From the NCBI RefSeq assembly GCF_001194135.2, contig NC_068998.1, positions 44,028,260 to 44,082,040 on the forward strand: 53,781 bases of DNA, given 5' to 3'. This DNA is from Octopus bimaculoides (taxonomy: Eukaryota). The translations under genes were made by a program, and so were the position numbers. A model generated the notes under the pieces. The model was not told the origin of the DNA. It worked only from the letters and a program-made list of their open reading frames with translations, and made no database searches. Shown in pieces: positions 25,111 to 37,576 of this stretch (positions are counted from its first letter, which is position 1; every line of letters starts with the position of its first letter).

Positions 25111-25590
25111 ACTGCAAGATATTAAGTTTATGGTTCTAGGGCTTTTATAATCCAATACATTCAATTAAAAGTTAACTAATAATAATGAAGGTAACACAGA
25201 AAGAAAACTCATTTCATGTATATCTGATGTGTAACTAAATCTGGTATAAGTTTGTGTTATTTTGCTTTTGTACCTTTAAGTTGAATACAGTGAACCACAG
25301 ATGTTTTGTCTGAACAAAACTGATAAGAAGTAAATTTTTCTGAGAAAAGTTCTATGACAAACTTCTACTCTATCCGCTGGAGTTTTTATCTCTTATCGTT
25401 GTAACAGGATGGATACTAGAGTTATGTGCAGGTTTTGTGTTCTCATGTGGTACGTGGAAAGACTAATATTTTTCACCAAGTCAATGTCAGCCTATTGTCA
25501 ACATCATCGACAGCATTAACTCATATCCAAGTAGTTAATCTGTAGTGAGTGATTTAGTCTCTTCATCCTGATGAGTAAAAGCCTATTGTA

Positions 25591-25624
<34 letters not shown>

Positions 25625-25634
25625 NNNNNNNNNN

Positions 25635-25679
<45 letters not shown>

Positions 25680-26914
25680 AATCACTCATTGAAGGATTAT
25701 TGTTATTATATATATCCTACATTATATCAGTACAGCTCAATACAACCCCCAAAAAACTGGTTCACCAGTCAGCATCATTAGACTGTGGCCGGCATAATGG
25801 AATAAGAGCTTTATTTGCATATTCAAAACGTTTCCTGTTATCAAATTTAAAAGATATACATATATATATGAATATAATCATCATTGCATCGTGAGATGTG
25901 TGTATAGGAGAAAGATGTAATGATATGATAGGATACCATCTGCTTGTTTAAAAAAATGTATTATTCCTTCCACATACCACATGTAAAAATTCCTTTCTAT
26001 TGAGAAGTTGAAAATACCACTGGAGAGGGAGGCTACGTGTTTATTACAACACTGTCCCCAGAAAATTACAGTTCTTACCTGTTATCTATTGGAAGGTGGA
26101 GCAGCATTTAACTTCTAGGTACGAAAATCAACAGCACACCACCACTCCTGGTAGATTTAGTTACACATCAAAAATATCAATGATTGGAGACCAGTATGGG
26201 TATGGTAGAGAATATAGTAAATATGGTGGAGAAGTAATCAATGATACATATGATTTGGTGTATGTGGATGCTGATTGACAGTACTAGAGAGTGAAGGGTA
26301 GCAGGCTAGAGAGAAAGGGAGAGATGACATGTGGCTGGTTTGCAAGAGAGCTTGAGTGGTGCAGGGGTTGAAAGGAAGAGGGAGGCATAATTCATAAAGG
26401 GAAAGATGCATGGTGGTATGGGTGAATAAACAAGAAATGGTTCAATGGAAAGGGTGAGAGAGATAATTCGGTAGCATAGGATGATGGAATGATCAAAGTA
26501 AAATATGAGTGAAGAAGGACGAGGTGAGAATTAAGGATGCAAGGCAACTGAAGAGATTCCAGGAAGTAACAAAGATAATTGTTATCACAGAAAATACGTG
26601 TGTGTTTATACATCTATTTACACATATTTGTTTGTGTATATGTGTGCATATTTATTTTTATATATGTGCATATATAAATATATGCATATTTATATATGTA
26701 TATATATATATATATATTTGTATATGTGTATGCATGCATATATTTATAAATATATGGATATAGATGTGTGTGTATATATATGTATATGCATGTATATAAT
26801 ATCAATAAGGACACATATATATATATATAAATATGTGAATATGTGTGTGTCCGTTCATGCATATGTATGTGTGTATTATATGTGTATGTATATATGTATA
26901 CATGCATATGTGTG

Positions 26915-26950
<36 letters not shown>

Positions 26951-26982
26951 GCATATGTATGCACACACACACATATATATAC

Positions 26983-27396
26983 TCTTTTTCTTTTATTCTT
27001 TTACTTCTTTCAGTCATTTGACTGTGGCCATGGTGGAGCACCGCCTTTAGTCGAGCAAATCGCCCCCAGGTCTTATTCTTTGTAAGCCTAGTACTTATTC
27101 CATCGGTCTCTTTTGCCGAACCACTATGTTACAGGAGCGTAAACACACCAGCATCAGTTGTCAAGCTATGTTGCAGGGGACAAACACAGACACACAAACA
27201 TACACAAACTCACATGCACACATATATGTATACGATAGACTTCTTTCAGTTTCTGCCAGCCAAATCCTCTTACAGGGCTTTGGTCAGCCCGAGGCTATAG
27301 TAGAAGACACTTGCCCATTATGCCACGCAGTAGGACTAAACCCAGAACCATGTGGTTGGTAAGCAAGCTACTTACCACACAGCCACTCCTGCGCCT
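26983..27396 (-). mobile_element. SINE family A, full length
   Basis: Complete from the ttcttttattc tail to the cagccactcctgcgcct head. Confidence 0.92.
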
Positions 27397-28018
27397 AATC
27401 AGAGTTAAATAGTTAAGAAGTTTGCTTCACAATTATCATGTACTTGGTTTTATCCTACTGTCTGGTGTGTTGAGCAAGTGTCTTACCATAATTTCTACTA
27501 TTATAAGCCTTAAGAGGAAAACCAGTGGCCAGAAACTATGAGAAAGTTTGGTAGATGATTTATTCCTCAGAGTCAAAAGTTTATGTTCGTCACATTGCAT
27601 CATGCTGATTCAAACTGAGAATTATATTAATGAGACCTGTTGGGGTACTCAGCCACTTAAATCTTTATTTAATGAGTACGTACTTTATTAAATAAGCTGG
27701 TCAGAATTGTATTGTGATGATGATTATAACGATGTGTGCGTGCCTCTATAATTATCACAAGTTCAATCTTTCACCATACATGCATTGTAAAATTTCACTA
27801 AAATTATCCAACAGAAATCAGCCACCTCAGTTATCCTCTCATTGTGAGATGTCCTGAAAGTGTTTCGTCAACTTTCTGGAAACTGAGACAAACTTTATTC
27901 AGTTGAATGCTGGACCTTCTCAGCCACTAAGTTATTTATAGAAAAATAGTATATTTTATAATAGCAAATATTCGACTTACTGTATTTTTATCATCATCTG
28001 TCTTTTCTTTGTTATTCC

Positions 28019-28063
<45 letters not shown>

Positions 28064-28187
28064 ACCCACAAAAATATCATTTTATTCATGATTCATGTGC
28101 ACTACTAGATTAAGACGTTGTTGGATATTTAAAAGCTAAGGCTGCTACTATAGGCTAATCTAATATGGTCAATATTTTCTTATACAT

Positions 28188-28350
28188 AAGGCAGTGAGCT
28201 GGCAGAAGCATTAGCACGCAGGGCAAAATGTTTAGCAATATTTCATCTGTCTTTACATTCTGAGTTCAAATTCGACTTTGCCATTTATCCATTCGGGGTT
28301 GATAAATTACCTCCCCCAAAATTTCGGTCCTTGTGCCGAGAGTAGAAAAA
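28188..28350 (+). mobile_element. SINE family B with a 17-bp target-site duplication
   Basis: AATATTTTCTTATACAT at both 28171-28187 and 28351-28367. Confidence 0.9.
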
Positions 28351-28577
28351 AATATTTTCTTATACATGAGTGGATGGGTCCATTTGTTATGATGTGAATA
28401 AAAAATATCTTGTAATATTTACTTTTAACTTTTTACATTATGATTTCAAATTTTACAAATATTCAAACTTACTTATCACTATTCCATCAAAAGCAAGTAT
28501 CTATTGCTGCTTTTATCTTTGAACTATTTCATAAACAACTATACACAAATATATATGTACACACATGTGTGTTTGTG

Positions 28578-28623
<46 letters not shown>

Positions 28624-28736
28624 ATAAATACACATATATATATACATACATGTAGTAAATATATGCACATATGTACAAATGTATGTGTATGTATGCATGT
28701 TTATATATGTTTATATATATCTATATGTATATATAC

Positions 28737-28879
28737 TTTATTTAAAAGCAGCAGAAATATAACAAAAAACAGTTTTTTGTTATATTTCTGCTGCTTTTAA
28801 ATAAACCATATTACTCTACCTCTGGTATTTGAGTACTCTTTTTTCCACCTTGTTGCACATTTATGTGCTTACTCCGGTA
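28737..28879 (-). mobile_element. Fold-back element ending CCGGTA (probable Penelope-like fragment)
   Basis: Perfect 34-bp inverted arms at 28737-28805 centred on 28771; the remainder is the reverse complement of 19705-19800. Confidence 0.65.
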
Positions 28880-30173
28880 TATATATATNNNNNNNNNNNN
28901 NNNNNNNNNNNNNNNNNNNNNNNNNNNNNNNNNNNNNNNNNNNNNNNNNNNNNNNNNNNNNNNNNNNNNNNNNNNNNNNNNNNNNNNNNNNNNNNNNNNN
29001 NNNNNNNNNNNNNNNNNNNNNNNNNNNNNNNNNNNNNNNNNNNNNNNNNNNNNNNNNNNNNNNNNNNNNNNNNNNNNNNNNNNNNNNNNNNNNNNNNNNN
29101 NNNNNNNNNNNNNNNNNNNNNNNNNNNNNNNNNNNNNNNNNNNNNNNNNNNNNNNNNNNNNNNNNNNNNNNNNNNNNNNNNNNNNNNNNNNNNNNNNNNN
29201 NNNNNNNNNNNNNNNNNNNNNNNNNNNNNNNNNNNNNNNNNNNNNNNNNNNNNNNNNNNNNNNNNNNNNNNNNNNNNNNNNNNNNNNNNNNNNNNNNNNN
29301 NNNNNNNNNNNNNNNNNNNNNNNNNNNNNNNNNNNNNNNNNNNNNNNNNNNNNNNNNNNNNNNNNNNNNNNNNNNNNNNNNNNNNNNNNNNNNNNNNNNN
29401 NNNNNNNNNNNNNNNNNNNNNNNNNNNNNNNNNNNNNNNNNNNNNNNNNNNNNNNNNNNNNNNNNNNNNNNNNNNNNNNNNNNNNNNNNNNNNNNNNNNN
29501 NNNNNNNNNNNNNNNNNNNNNNNNNNNNNNNNNNNNNNNNNNNNNNNNNNNNNNTTTTAAGGGGTTGGCTTTGAGAGTTGCATTTCCTTGCATTCGGTAA
29601 AAATGTGCTTTTTATAGTAGTCTGACCTTAGAGTCCCTCATGGCGTGAGGCGTTATTGTATAGTAATGCCCTTATATGAATATAAATATATATTTCGGGA
29701 ATAAATGATGGATTTTTTCCCCTTATGAGGTTTTTTCATGCTAGCTACTTGATAAATTCTTGTAAAAGAATTCGTCCTATTATTGAATTTAAATATATTT
29801 ATATATATATCCATGTGTAGCTACATACCCCTAATTCCTTACTTGGTCCTCTGTTTAATTCCGGTATAAAAATCTCAAGTGACATGCATGGACCCCCCCC
29901 CCCCAAAGATAAACACAAAAATGCCTTAGCACTGAGATGACCAATACTTACCTCAATAATCTACAGTTCTTCTTTTATCTTTTAAATAATCTTGATGACC
30001 TTACGAGCTTTTTGTTCTTCCCCTGCGAACTTCAACAACTGCAGTGATCAATGGATATACATACTTAAAACCACACATATATGTGTCACTATATATAGAT
30101 ATATTTGTAAATCCCCTGTCTCTGTTCTGTATGGGTATGATTGTCTGTCCAAGTACTTTTGTGTACATGTCTA

Positions 30174-30257
<84 letters not shown>

Positions 30258-30359
30258 TATATACATATATATATGTGTGTGTGTGTGTATATTAAATAAA
30301 ATGAGACAGCAGAGCCAAGTCAGTGCGAAACTTCTAGGACATTTATAAAGAGAGAGGTA

Positions 30360-30407
30360 GTCTTACAGCTATTTCAGGGATATAAGGGATATCCCTTCAT
30401 CAGAGAC
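30360..30407 (-). ncRNA. Minimal type I hammerhead ribozyme (Penelope/retrozyme type), apparently intact
   Basis: Minus strand: GUCU CUGAUGA AGGGAUA-UCCCUUA-UAUCCCU GAAA UAGCUG UA/AGAC. 4-bp stem I, 7-bp stem II, all core nucleotides, helix III with a palindromic AGCU loop, and a GUA cleavage triplet. Confidence 0.85.
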
Positions 30408-30769
30408 AATATGAGAGAGTTAAATAGAAAGAAATAGTAGAGTTCAGTATAAGAAGTTATTTTGGAAAGGGAGAGGCATAGGAAGTATAAAGAGGAATAA
30501 GAGAATAAAAATAAGAATATATGTTGGATGTTACAGTTGCAGTTCCATTATCCAAAGAAAGTGTATATATATGTATATGAATGAGTTGCGTGTCTACCCA
30601 TATATCTCCCTTTTAATTCTACCCAAAGTACATGCTTTTGTTTGCCTACTTTTCTCTGTGTTGGTGTAGAATTTCCATAGCCATCAACATAGACTTTCTC
30701 ACTTCTAATGCCTGTATGCTCTGGAAATGTAAATCTCCCAAATAAAGTGCACTTCATATTCAAGGCTCT

Positions 30770-30850
30770 GGCTCTGATGAAGCTATAGGATGTTATCCTG
30801 GTATTCAACTAAGAGTTCACCACATCTAATAGTAGAAGCAACTGTAAGCT
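30770..30850 (+). ncRNA. Degenerate hammerhead-like motif
   Basis: GGCU CUGAUGA [A GCUAU...AUAGU A] GAAG CAACUG UA/AGCU. Stem I pairs, GAAA is changed to GAAG, and stem II is enlarged. Confidence 0.4.
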
Positions 30851-31949
30851 AATGTTGTTCATTATATAACTTGTTTTGTCCTGGTGTCATCTGTTTGTTT
30901 CTGTTACCACTCTATACTCATATAGCATTGTGTTCTGGACCATACAAGTATTGAGTTCTACACTAGATTGTTAATCTCACTATACCTACCTGAAATATCT
31001 ATACACACACACATGTATGTATCAGTGTATCTCTGTCTCTTTCACTCTTTTGACACACATACATATATATATATGTGTATATATATATATATAAATAAGC
31101 ATACACAGACAAGCAAACACATAAACATATATATATTTACACTATTGTGGCTGGTATCTCCTGCATTGCTACTTGAAGTTTCATGTTATATATGCTTCTC
31201 CTATTTCTTATGAATGATGGTGCATGTATTGAGTACTTCTTTCCTGCATTGTTTGAGCAAAGATCATATATATTGTACTGTGAATCAATAAATATACCTA
31301 CTCCGAATTCTGCAGCTGATACTTCTATGCTAGTTCTGCTCATGCACGTGCAGCATCTCGGCATTCATCGACGTTATATGAACACAAATACATGTTATAT
31401 GTTATTTCACCCTGTGTATATTTATTTTTTTCCTGTCATGTTTACTCATTCATATCTGCCTGCTGATATAGATGTACATATTTGTGAGTAAGTGTGTGCA
31501 TGTATATGTTTGTGAATACAGAATACGAGCGCTGTATTGTTTGGCTTTCTTCATGTTTTTTATATCTTTATGTTCATAAACATAGATGCAAATAATATAT
31601 TGCACGAATGCAGGTATCTTAAGATGTGAAAGCCTCTCAAAATTAGAGATTCTGGATTTATGTGTGTGTGTGTGTGTGTATGTGTGTGCATTATGTGTGT
31701 GTGTGCATTATGTGTGATGTGCTAATGAGTCTACCAACTAGTCTACATTCATACATTCACATGTGAGTATTAGCAAGTAAATTCATAAACACCACCAATA
31801 ATACTAATACCAATAATGATGGTGGTGGTGGTGGTGGTTTTCTTGGTGATGGTGGTGGTGGTGGTGGTGGTGATGGTTTTGCCAACAACACTAGTTCCCA
31901 ACCACCTCACCCCCATACACACTACCACACACATTATGACAATACTTCT

Positions 31950-32279
31950 TTTTCTATCCCTCTATTTCTATCTATCCCTCTATTTCTATCTATCTATCTA
32001 TCTATCTATTTCTATCTATCTATCCCTCTATTTTTATCTATCCCTCTATTTCTATCTATCCCTCTATTTCTATCTATCCCTCTATTTCTATCTATCTATC
32101 TATCTATCTATTTATATCTATCCATCTATTTCTATCTATCTATCCATCTATTTTTATCTATCCCTCTATTTCTATCTATCTATCTATCTATCTATCTATC
32201 CCTCTATTTCTATCTATCTATCTATCTATCTATTTCTATCTATCTATCCATCTATTTCTATCTATCTATCCATCTATTT

Positions 32280-32339
<60 letters not shown>

Positions 32340-32665
32340 ATGCACATACATACATACAANNNNNNNNNNTTCTATCTATCTATCTATCTATCTATTTCTA
32401 TCTATCTATCCCTCTATTTTTATCTATCCCTCTATTTCTATCTATCCCTCTATTTCTATCTATCCCTCTATTTCTATCTATCTATCTATCTATCTATTTA
32501 TATCTATCCATCTATTTCTATCTATCTATCCATCTATTTTTATCTATCCCTCTATTTCTATCTATCTATCTATCTATCTATCTATCCCTCTATTTCTATC
32601 TATCTATCTATCTATCTATTTCTATCTATCTATCCATCTATTTCTATCTATCTATCCATCTATTT

Positions 32666-32729
<64 letters not shown>

Positions 32730-32730
32730 A
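31950..32730. repeat. (TCTA)n-derived satellite with an 18-bp higher-order unit TCCCTCTATTTCTATCTA
   Basis: Direct reading; it explains the 335-aa SLYFYL ORF. Confidence 0.9.
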
Positions 32731-33267
32731 TGCACATACATACATACAAATGTGTGGGGCAGGTGGGGGGGGGGTAGTGTCACATTAAATGCTTTGCAGC
32801 ATTTACCTTATTTTCTGAATTAAAATTCTGCTCGATTGGTGATATCTTCTGGGACCAAGAGTTAGCAGTCAAGGACTGAGGGTCGATTTAATTGCGCACC
32901 TCACAAATCATAGTTCTGTACTTGCAGTGAATTACAGTAGTATTATAGTGGACTAAATAAATCTTTTAGATCTTTAGTAAACTCCCTTCCTAGTCTTAGT
33001 TTAAATATTGCTAGGACTAACATTTACATATTATCCAGCTGAAATCAATAAACTTAGTAATAAAGTTAGTTTAATTAACACTCCCTGCCGTTGCTCTTAT
33101 CCTGCCCATAACAAGCCAACAATATTTTGACCATTTGTGAATGACACAAACCAAAATCGATACCAGCAGACAAAATTATTGTATTATTGTAGTAATTTAA
33201 GTTTTACATTCAGTTGACAAATTTGCCTCTTACACTTCCTGATCAATAACATTAGTTGTAAGGCAAT

Positions 33268-33653
33268 TGTTGCTGGCACTCCGTCGCTTACGACGTTGAG
33301 GGTTCCAGTTGATTCGATCAATGGAACAGCCTGCTCGGGAAATTAACATGCAAGTGGCTGAGCACTCCACAGACACGTGTACCCTTAACGTAGTTCTCAG
33401 TGATATTCAGTGTGACACAGTGTGACAAGGCTGACCGTTTGAATTACAGGCACAACAGAAACAGGAAGTAAGAGTGAGAGAAAGTTGTGGGGAAAGAGTA
33501 CAGCAGGGTTTGCCACCATCCCCTGCTGGAGCCTCGTGGAGCTTTTAGGTGTTTTTGATCAATAAACACTCACAACGCCCGGTCTGGGAATCGAAACCGC
33601 GATCCTATGACTGTGAGTTCGCTGCCCTAACCACTGGGCCATTGTGCCTCCAC
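33268..33653 (-). mobile_element. tRNA-derived SINE family C, full length with an 11-bp TSD
   Basis: Head GGAGGCACAATGGCCCAGTGGTTAGGGC...GGTTTCGATTCCC; TGTAAGGCAAT at both 33257-33267 and 33654-33664. Confidence 0.92.
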
Positions 33654-35102
33654 TGTAAGGCAATGGTAAGGTATTAAACAACTGTCCTCTACTCTCATTT
33701 ATCTCTGTGCTTTCTGATAATATTCAGTAGCCTAGATTTAGATGAGTTTTGATTGGCTTAGCCCCAATTTTACATAGGGACAGGGAGTCTTCTGTAATGG
33801 TGTGTTGACATTGATCCCATTGGCCTCATACAATCTGAAAATGCCATGGGCACAGCCCCTTTGAAAAAGATCTATTTGAAAGGGAAAAAGACGACCTACA
33901 CAAAAAAAAAACAAACAAACAGCTGGATAAAATGTATTTGATTGCATCAAGCTTTAAAATCACCAAATAGTGTGAATACAAATGCAGATATGTGATCAGA
34001 AATGTACATGCATTTACACACATACAATGCACACAGCACATGTGTGCCTGCATGCACACAGACACACACACACACACACACAAAATAGGTTTTTGAAAGA
34101 TATTAATATCTAAAATTTATTGAGAACCAAATTGGAATAGAACACATTGTGCCTTTAGATTCCAATCAAACAATAATATCAGATTCGTTTTACTTCATCC
34201 ACATAGTTCATGACATCGCTGTCTTATGCAGGTATAATGGACCATTTTGAGACGGTTGTTCATTGTAAATTCATCAAAGATTATTATCTGCTCCATCATT
34301 CAGCAGAAAGCCAAAGGCATGCTCTTTTGACAAACTGAATCTGCAAATTAATTTTGGTAGCAATGTTGACAACATTTCTTATAGCATATGCAACTAATGT
34401 CCTTGTTCTATACCACCTACTTACAAATTTCAAGTAGTAGTGGATCAAAGAAAGAGATTATTATTATTTTCAGATAATTATTTACATCATTCAGTTAAGG
34501 TGAATTCAACTGAGTTTATAGCATTGCAGCCTATTCCAGGCTTTATTTTTATTTCACATCGTACATGGTTATATTTCACTTACATTTCTAAGATTCTTTA
34601 AAAGACATGTACATCGCAGTCTGATATTAAAATGGTTCACTCTATAACATAATAATTCTTGAAGCTTCAAACACCATGCTTCTTATGGGAAGAAAATGAC
34701 AAAATTGAAAGCTCTGATCAGCTCTAATGATTCTTTATGTTTGTGTAATATTATTGCGTGCAGGCAATTATGATATTTCATGGTCGTTGCAGAGTTATTG
34801 ATGTTTGAAATTATATATATGTATATGTGTGTATGTGTTGTATTAACTACAGCCACCACTCACAATCAAGAGTAACTTAGTAGCATGCAGAAAATTGCTT
34901 TAGGTATCTAAGTAGCCACTGCAGAGGTAGGAATGCACTCAGCCCTCCCACCCTTCTGCAAATGGAACAATTATAATCTGACAGCTTGAGGGAGAGAGGA
35001 CCACACCAGCATCTGGTACTTTAGTATTTCTCTCTAAAGGATGAAAGTAGAATTTTAACTGAGAGCCTTGATGTCCAGAACAAATATTGTAATGCATTCT
35101 CT

Positions 35103-35312
35103 CGTGCTGGTGGCATGTAAAAAGCGCCCACTACGCTCTCAGAGTGGTTGGCGTTAGGAAGGGCATCCAGCTGTAGAAACTCTGCCAGATCAGATTGGAG
35201 TCTGGTGTAGCCATCTGGCTCGCCAGTCCCCAGTCAAATCGTCCAACCCATGCTAGCATGGAAAACGGACGTTAAATGATGATAATGATGAGGATGATGA
35301 TGATGATGAGGA
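35103..35312 (+). mobile_element. Family E retroposon with (GAT)n tail
   Basis: Homologous to 4424-4590. Confidence 0.88.
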
Positions 35313-35506
35313 TAATTCCCTCTTTACAGATATTCTACAGAATTTAGAGCCAACAGTGAAAGTTAGGGCGTTTTGCATACAAATACATCTATGTAAACAA
35401 TGTAACTGAAGATAGAAACATAGGTAGTGGGTGTATATACATATTTCAGGAGTTATTGTTCCCTCTTCAATACCATATCCAATCAATTAACTATCCATCA
35501 ATACAT

Positions 35507-35665
35507 TGCTTTAGTCGAGCAAATCAACCCCAGGACTTATTCATTGTAAGCCTAGTAATTATTCTATTGGTATCTTTTTGCCGAACCGCTAAGTTACTGG
35601 GACCTAAACACACCAGCATCAGCCGTCAAGTGATGTTGGGGGCACAAGCACACACACACGCAAAC
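35507..35665 (-). mobile_element. SINE family A 3' fragment
   Basis: tttagtcgagcaaatcaaccccaggacttattc...aaacacaccagcatc. Confidence 0.8.
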
Positions 35666-36535
35666 AGAAGTCACAGAGTGGAGTCAATCCCAAAACCACA
35701 TGAATGATCCAACGTTGACATCCTGTAATTGGTTCTGGGTTGCTGCACATCATCAGAAGGTTGGCTCTGGTCCAAAGCACGTTCAAAGGCATTCCAGTTA
35801 TGACAATCCAGTTTATATTTTCTTTCTCAGGTTTCATGTCTCTAACATTACTCTATATCATTTTTTTTTAAAGTAGAAATCTGAGGGTAATTTTGCTTCT
35901 ATTTCAAGCAAGTTGAATGACTATGCTGATGTACCTTTGTTAGCCCAGGTTAGATATTGTTGCCAAAATACTTAATACTTGCTTACTGAATAAATTTAGT
36001 TTGAACAGTAGCTGATACACAACAGCCTATCACTGAGAATGCCTCCCATGCGGAACCATTTGTCAAAAAGAGAAATATGGTAACAGCAAGGCATTCCGCA
36101 ATGAACAGTGTGTGAATTTCAAGTGGGTTACAATGGCTGGGAGGCTAAGGTACTTCATTATTCATCACTTAGTTCAGATAGCCAACTATCTGAAGTGGGG
36201 CTTACGCTGTCAAATATTTTAATATCGAATTAAACCAGCTTTCAAATAGTTTAATATCTTGACAGGATCAAATGCAAACCTATTATGGATAGGACTTCAG
36301 TAGCCACCCGAGAGTTAACAGAGCTGTAGTCACATATTAAACATAACTGATTAAGAAGAGCCATGTGTCAGTTAACAGACGAGTTATACTCAATAGAAAA
36401 TTAGGTAAGACTTTTAAAATTAGTTACGTATGTTAAATCTAGACACTGATGTACTTATCCAAATTACTAATAATTCCTAGATTAAACATTAATAAGTCAT
36501 TGTTCAAATCATCAATAACATACGCATATTTCATA

Positions 36536-36601
<66 letters not shown>

Positions 36602-37197
36602 TTCTCTGCATATAGTGTGTACGTGTGTGTAGATGAATAAATCTATTCTTTCTCCTTTTTAATTTTTTTTTTTTTTTTTTAGCAGATACAGATTTTTGAC
36701 TCGTCTGATATTGCTATTACCAAACAATTTTTGATCCATATTAATTGCTTTTGCTTAACGACCACATGACTACAAAGTGGAGAGCAATGTTGTGTCAGTA
36801 ATACCCAATCATTTGGTAATAGAATAAATGTTCTCTTTCAGTAGATAATTGTATTATTCATTTATTATTATCATTATCATTATCATTATATAAGAATCAA
36901 ATTAAGATTACCATTTTACCTTCTTTTATCTACTCTTTCAGATCTTTTCCTTTTTGTTATTTTTGTGGGATTATTTTTTCTTTTAATGAGACAAGTATAC
37001 GTAGAACAGCATTGAGAAAGCCTTGGTTGTTGTTCTTGGCAGAGCAGTGTTTGCTTTGGCTGCAAAAGACTGCATGGGAGTGACAGTCTGGTTGCAGCAA
37101 CTGCATTTGGAACCACTGTCTACCAGTTTTACATTGATGCTGGTTTTTTTCTTTGAGTGCCCTATATATTAGGGCAGCAAGCCTCAGTACCACCTAC

Positions 37198-37576
37198 TCT
37201 TTTACTTGTTTCGGTCATTTGACTGTGGTCATGCTGGAGCACCGCCTTTAGTCTAGCAAATCGACCCCAGGACTTATTCTTTGTAAGACTAGTAGTTATT
37301 CTATCGGTCTCTTTTGCCGAACTGCTAAGTTATGGGGACCTAAACACACCACCATTGGTTGTCAAGCGATGTTGGGGGCACAAACACAGACACACAAACA
37401 TATACACACACACACACACATATATATATACATATATACGACGGGCTTCTTTCAGTTTCCGTCTACTAAATCCACTCACAAGGCTTGCTCGGCCCAAGGT
37501 GTCACACAGTGGGACTGAACCCGGAACCATGTGGTTCATAAGCAAGCTACTTAGCACATAGTCACTCCTACGCCTA
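37198..37576 (-). mobile_element. SINE family A, full length
   Basis: Close to the 26983 copy. Confidence 0.92.

Noticed and set aside
25568-25592. CTGATGAG next to a (TA)n run
   Set aside because: No GAAA follows and stem I is poor.
28811-29600. Long ORFs of 243-260 aa (also at 3627-4415 and 48192-48959)
   Set aside because: They consist mostly of N-gap.
31137-31491. Overlapping 75-aa and 102-aa ORFs
   Set aside because: No recognisable domain, start context or splice signals; expected by chance.
31816-32823. 335-aa ORF
   Set aside because: Stop-free frame of a TCTA-derived satellite, doubled by a probable assembly duplication.
33575-33653. tRNA-like sequence (also at 20546 and 46095-46174)
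   Set aside because: SINE heads that continue into the SINE body; no complete cloverleaf was seen.
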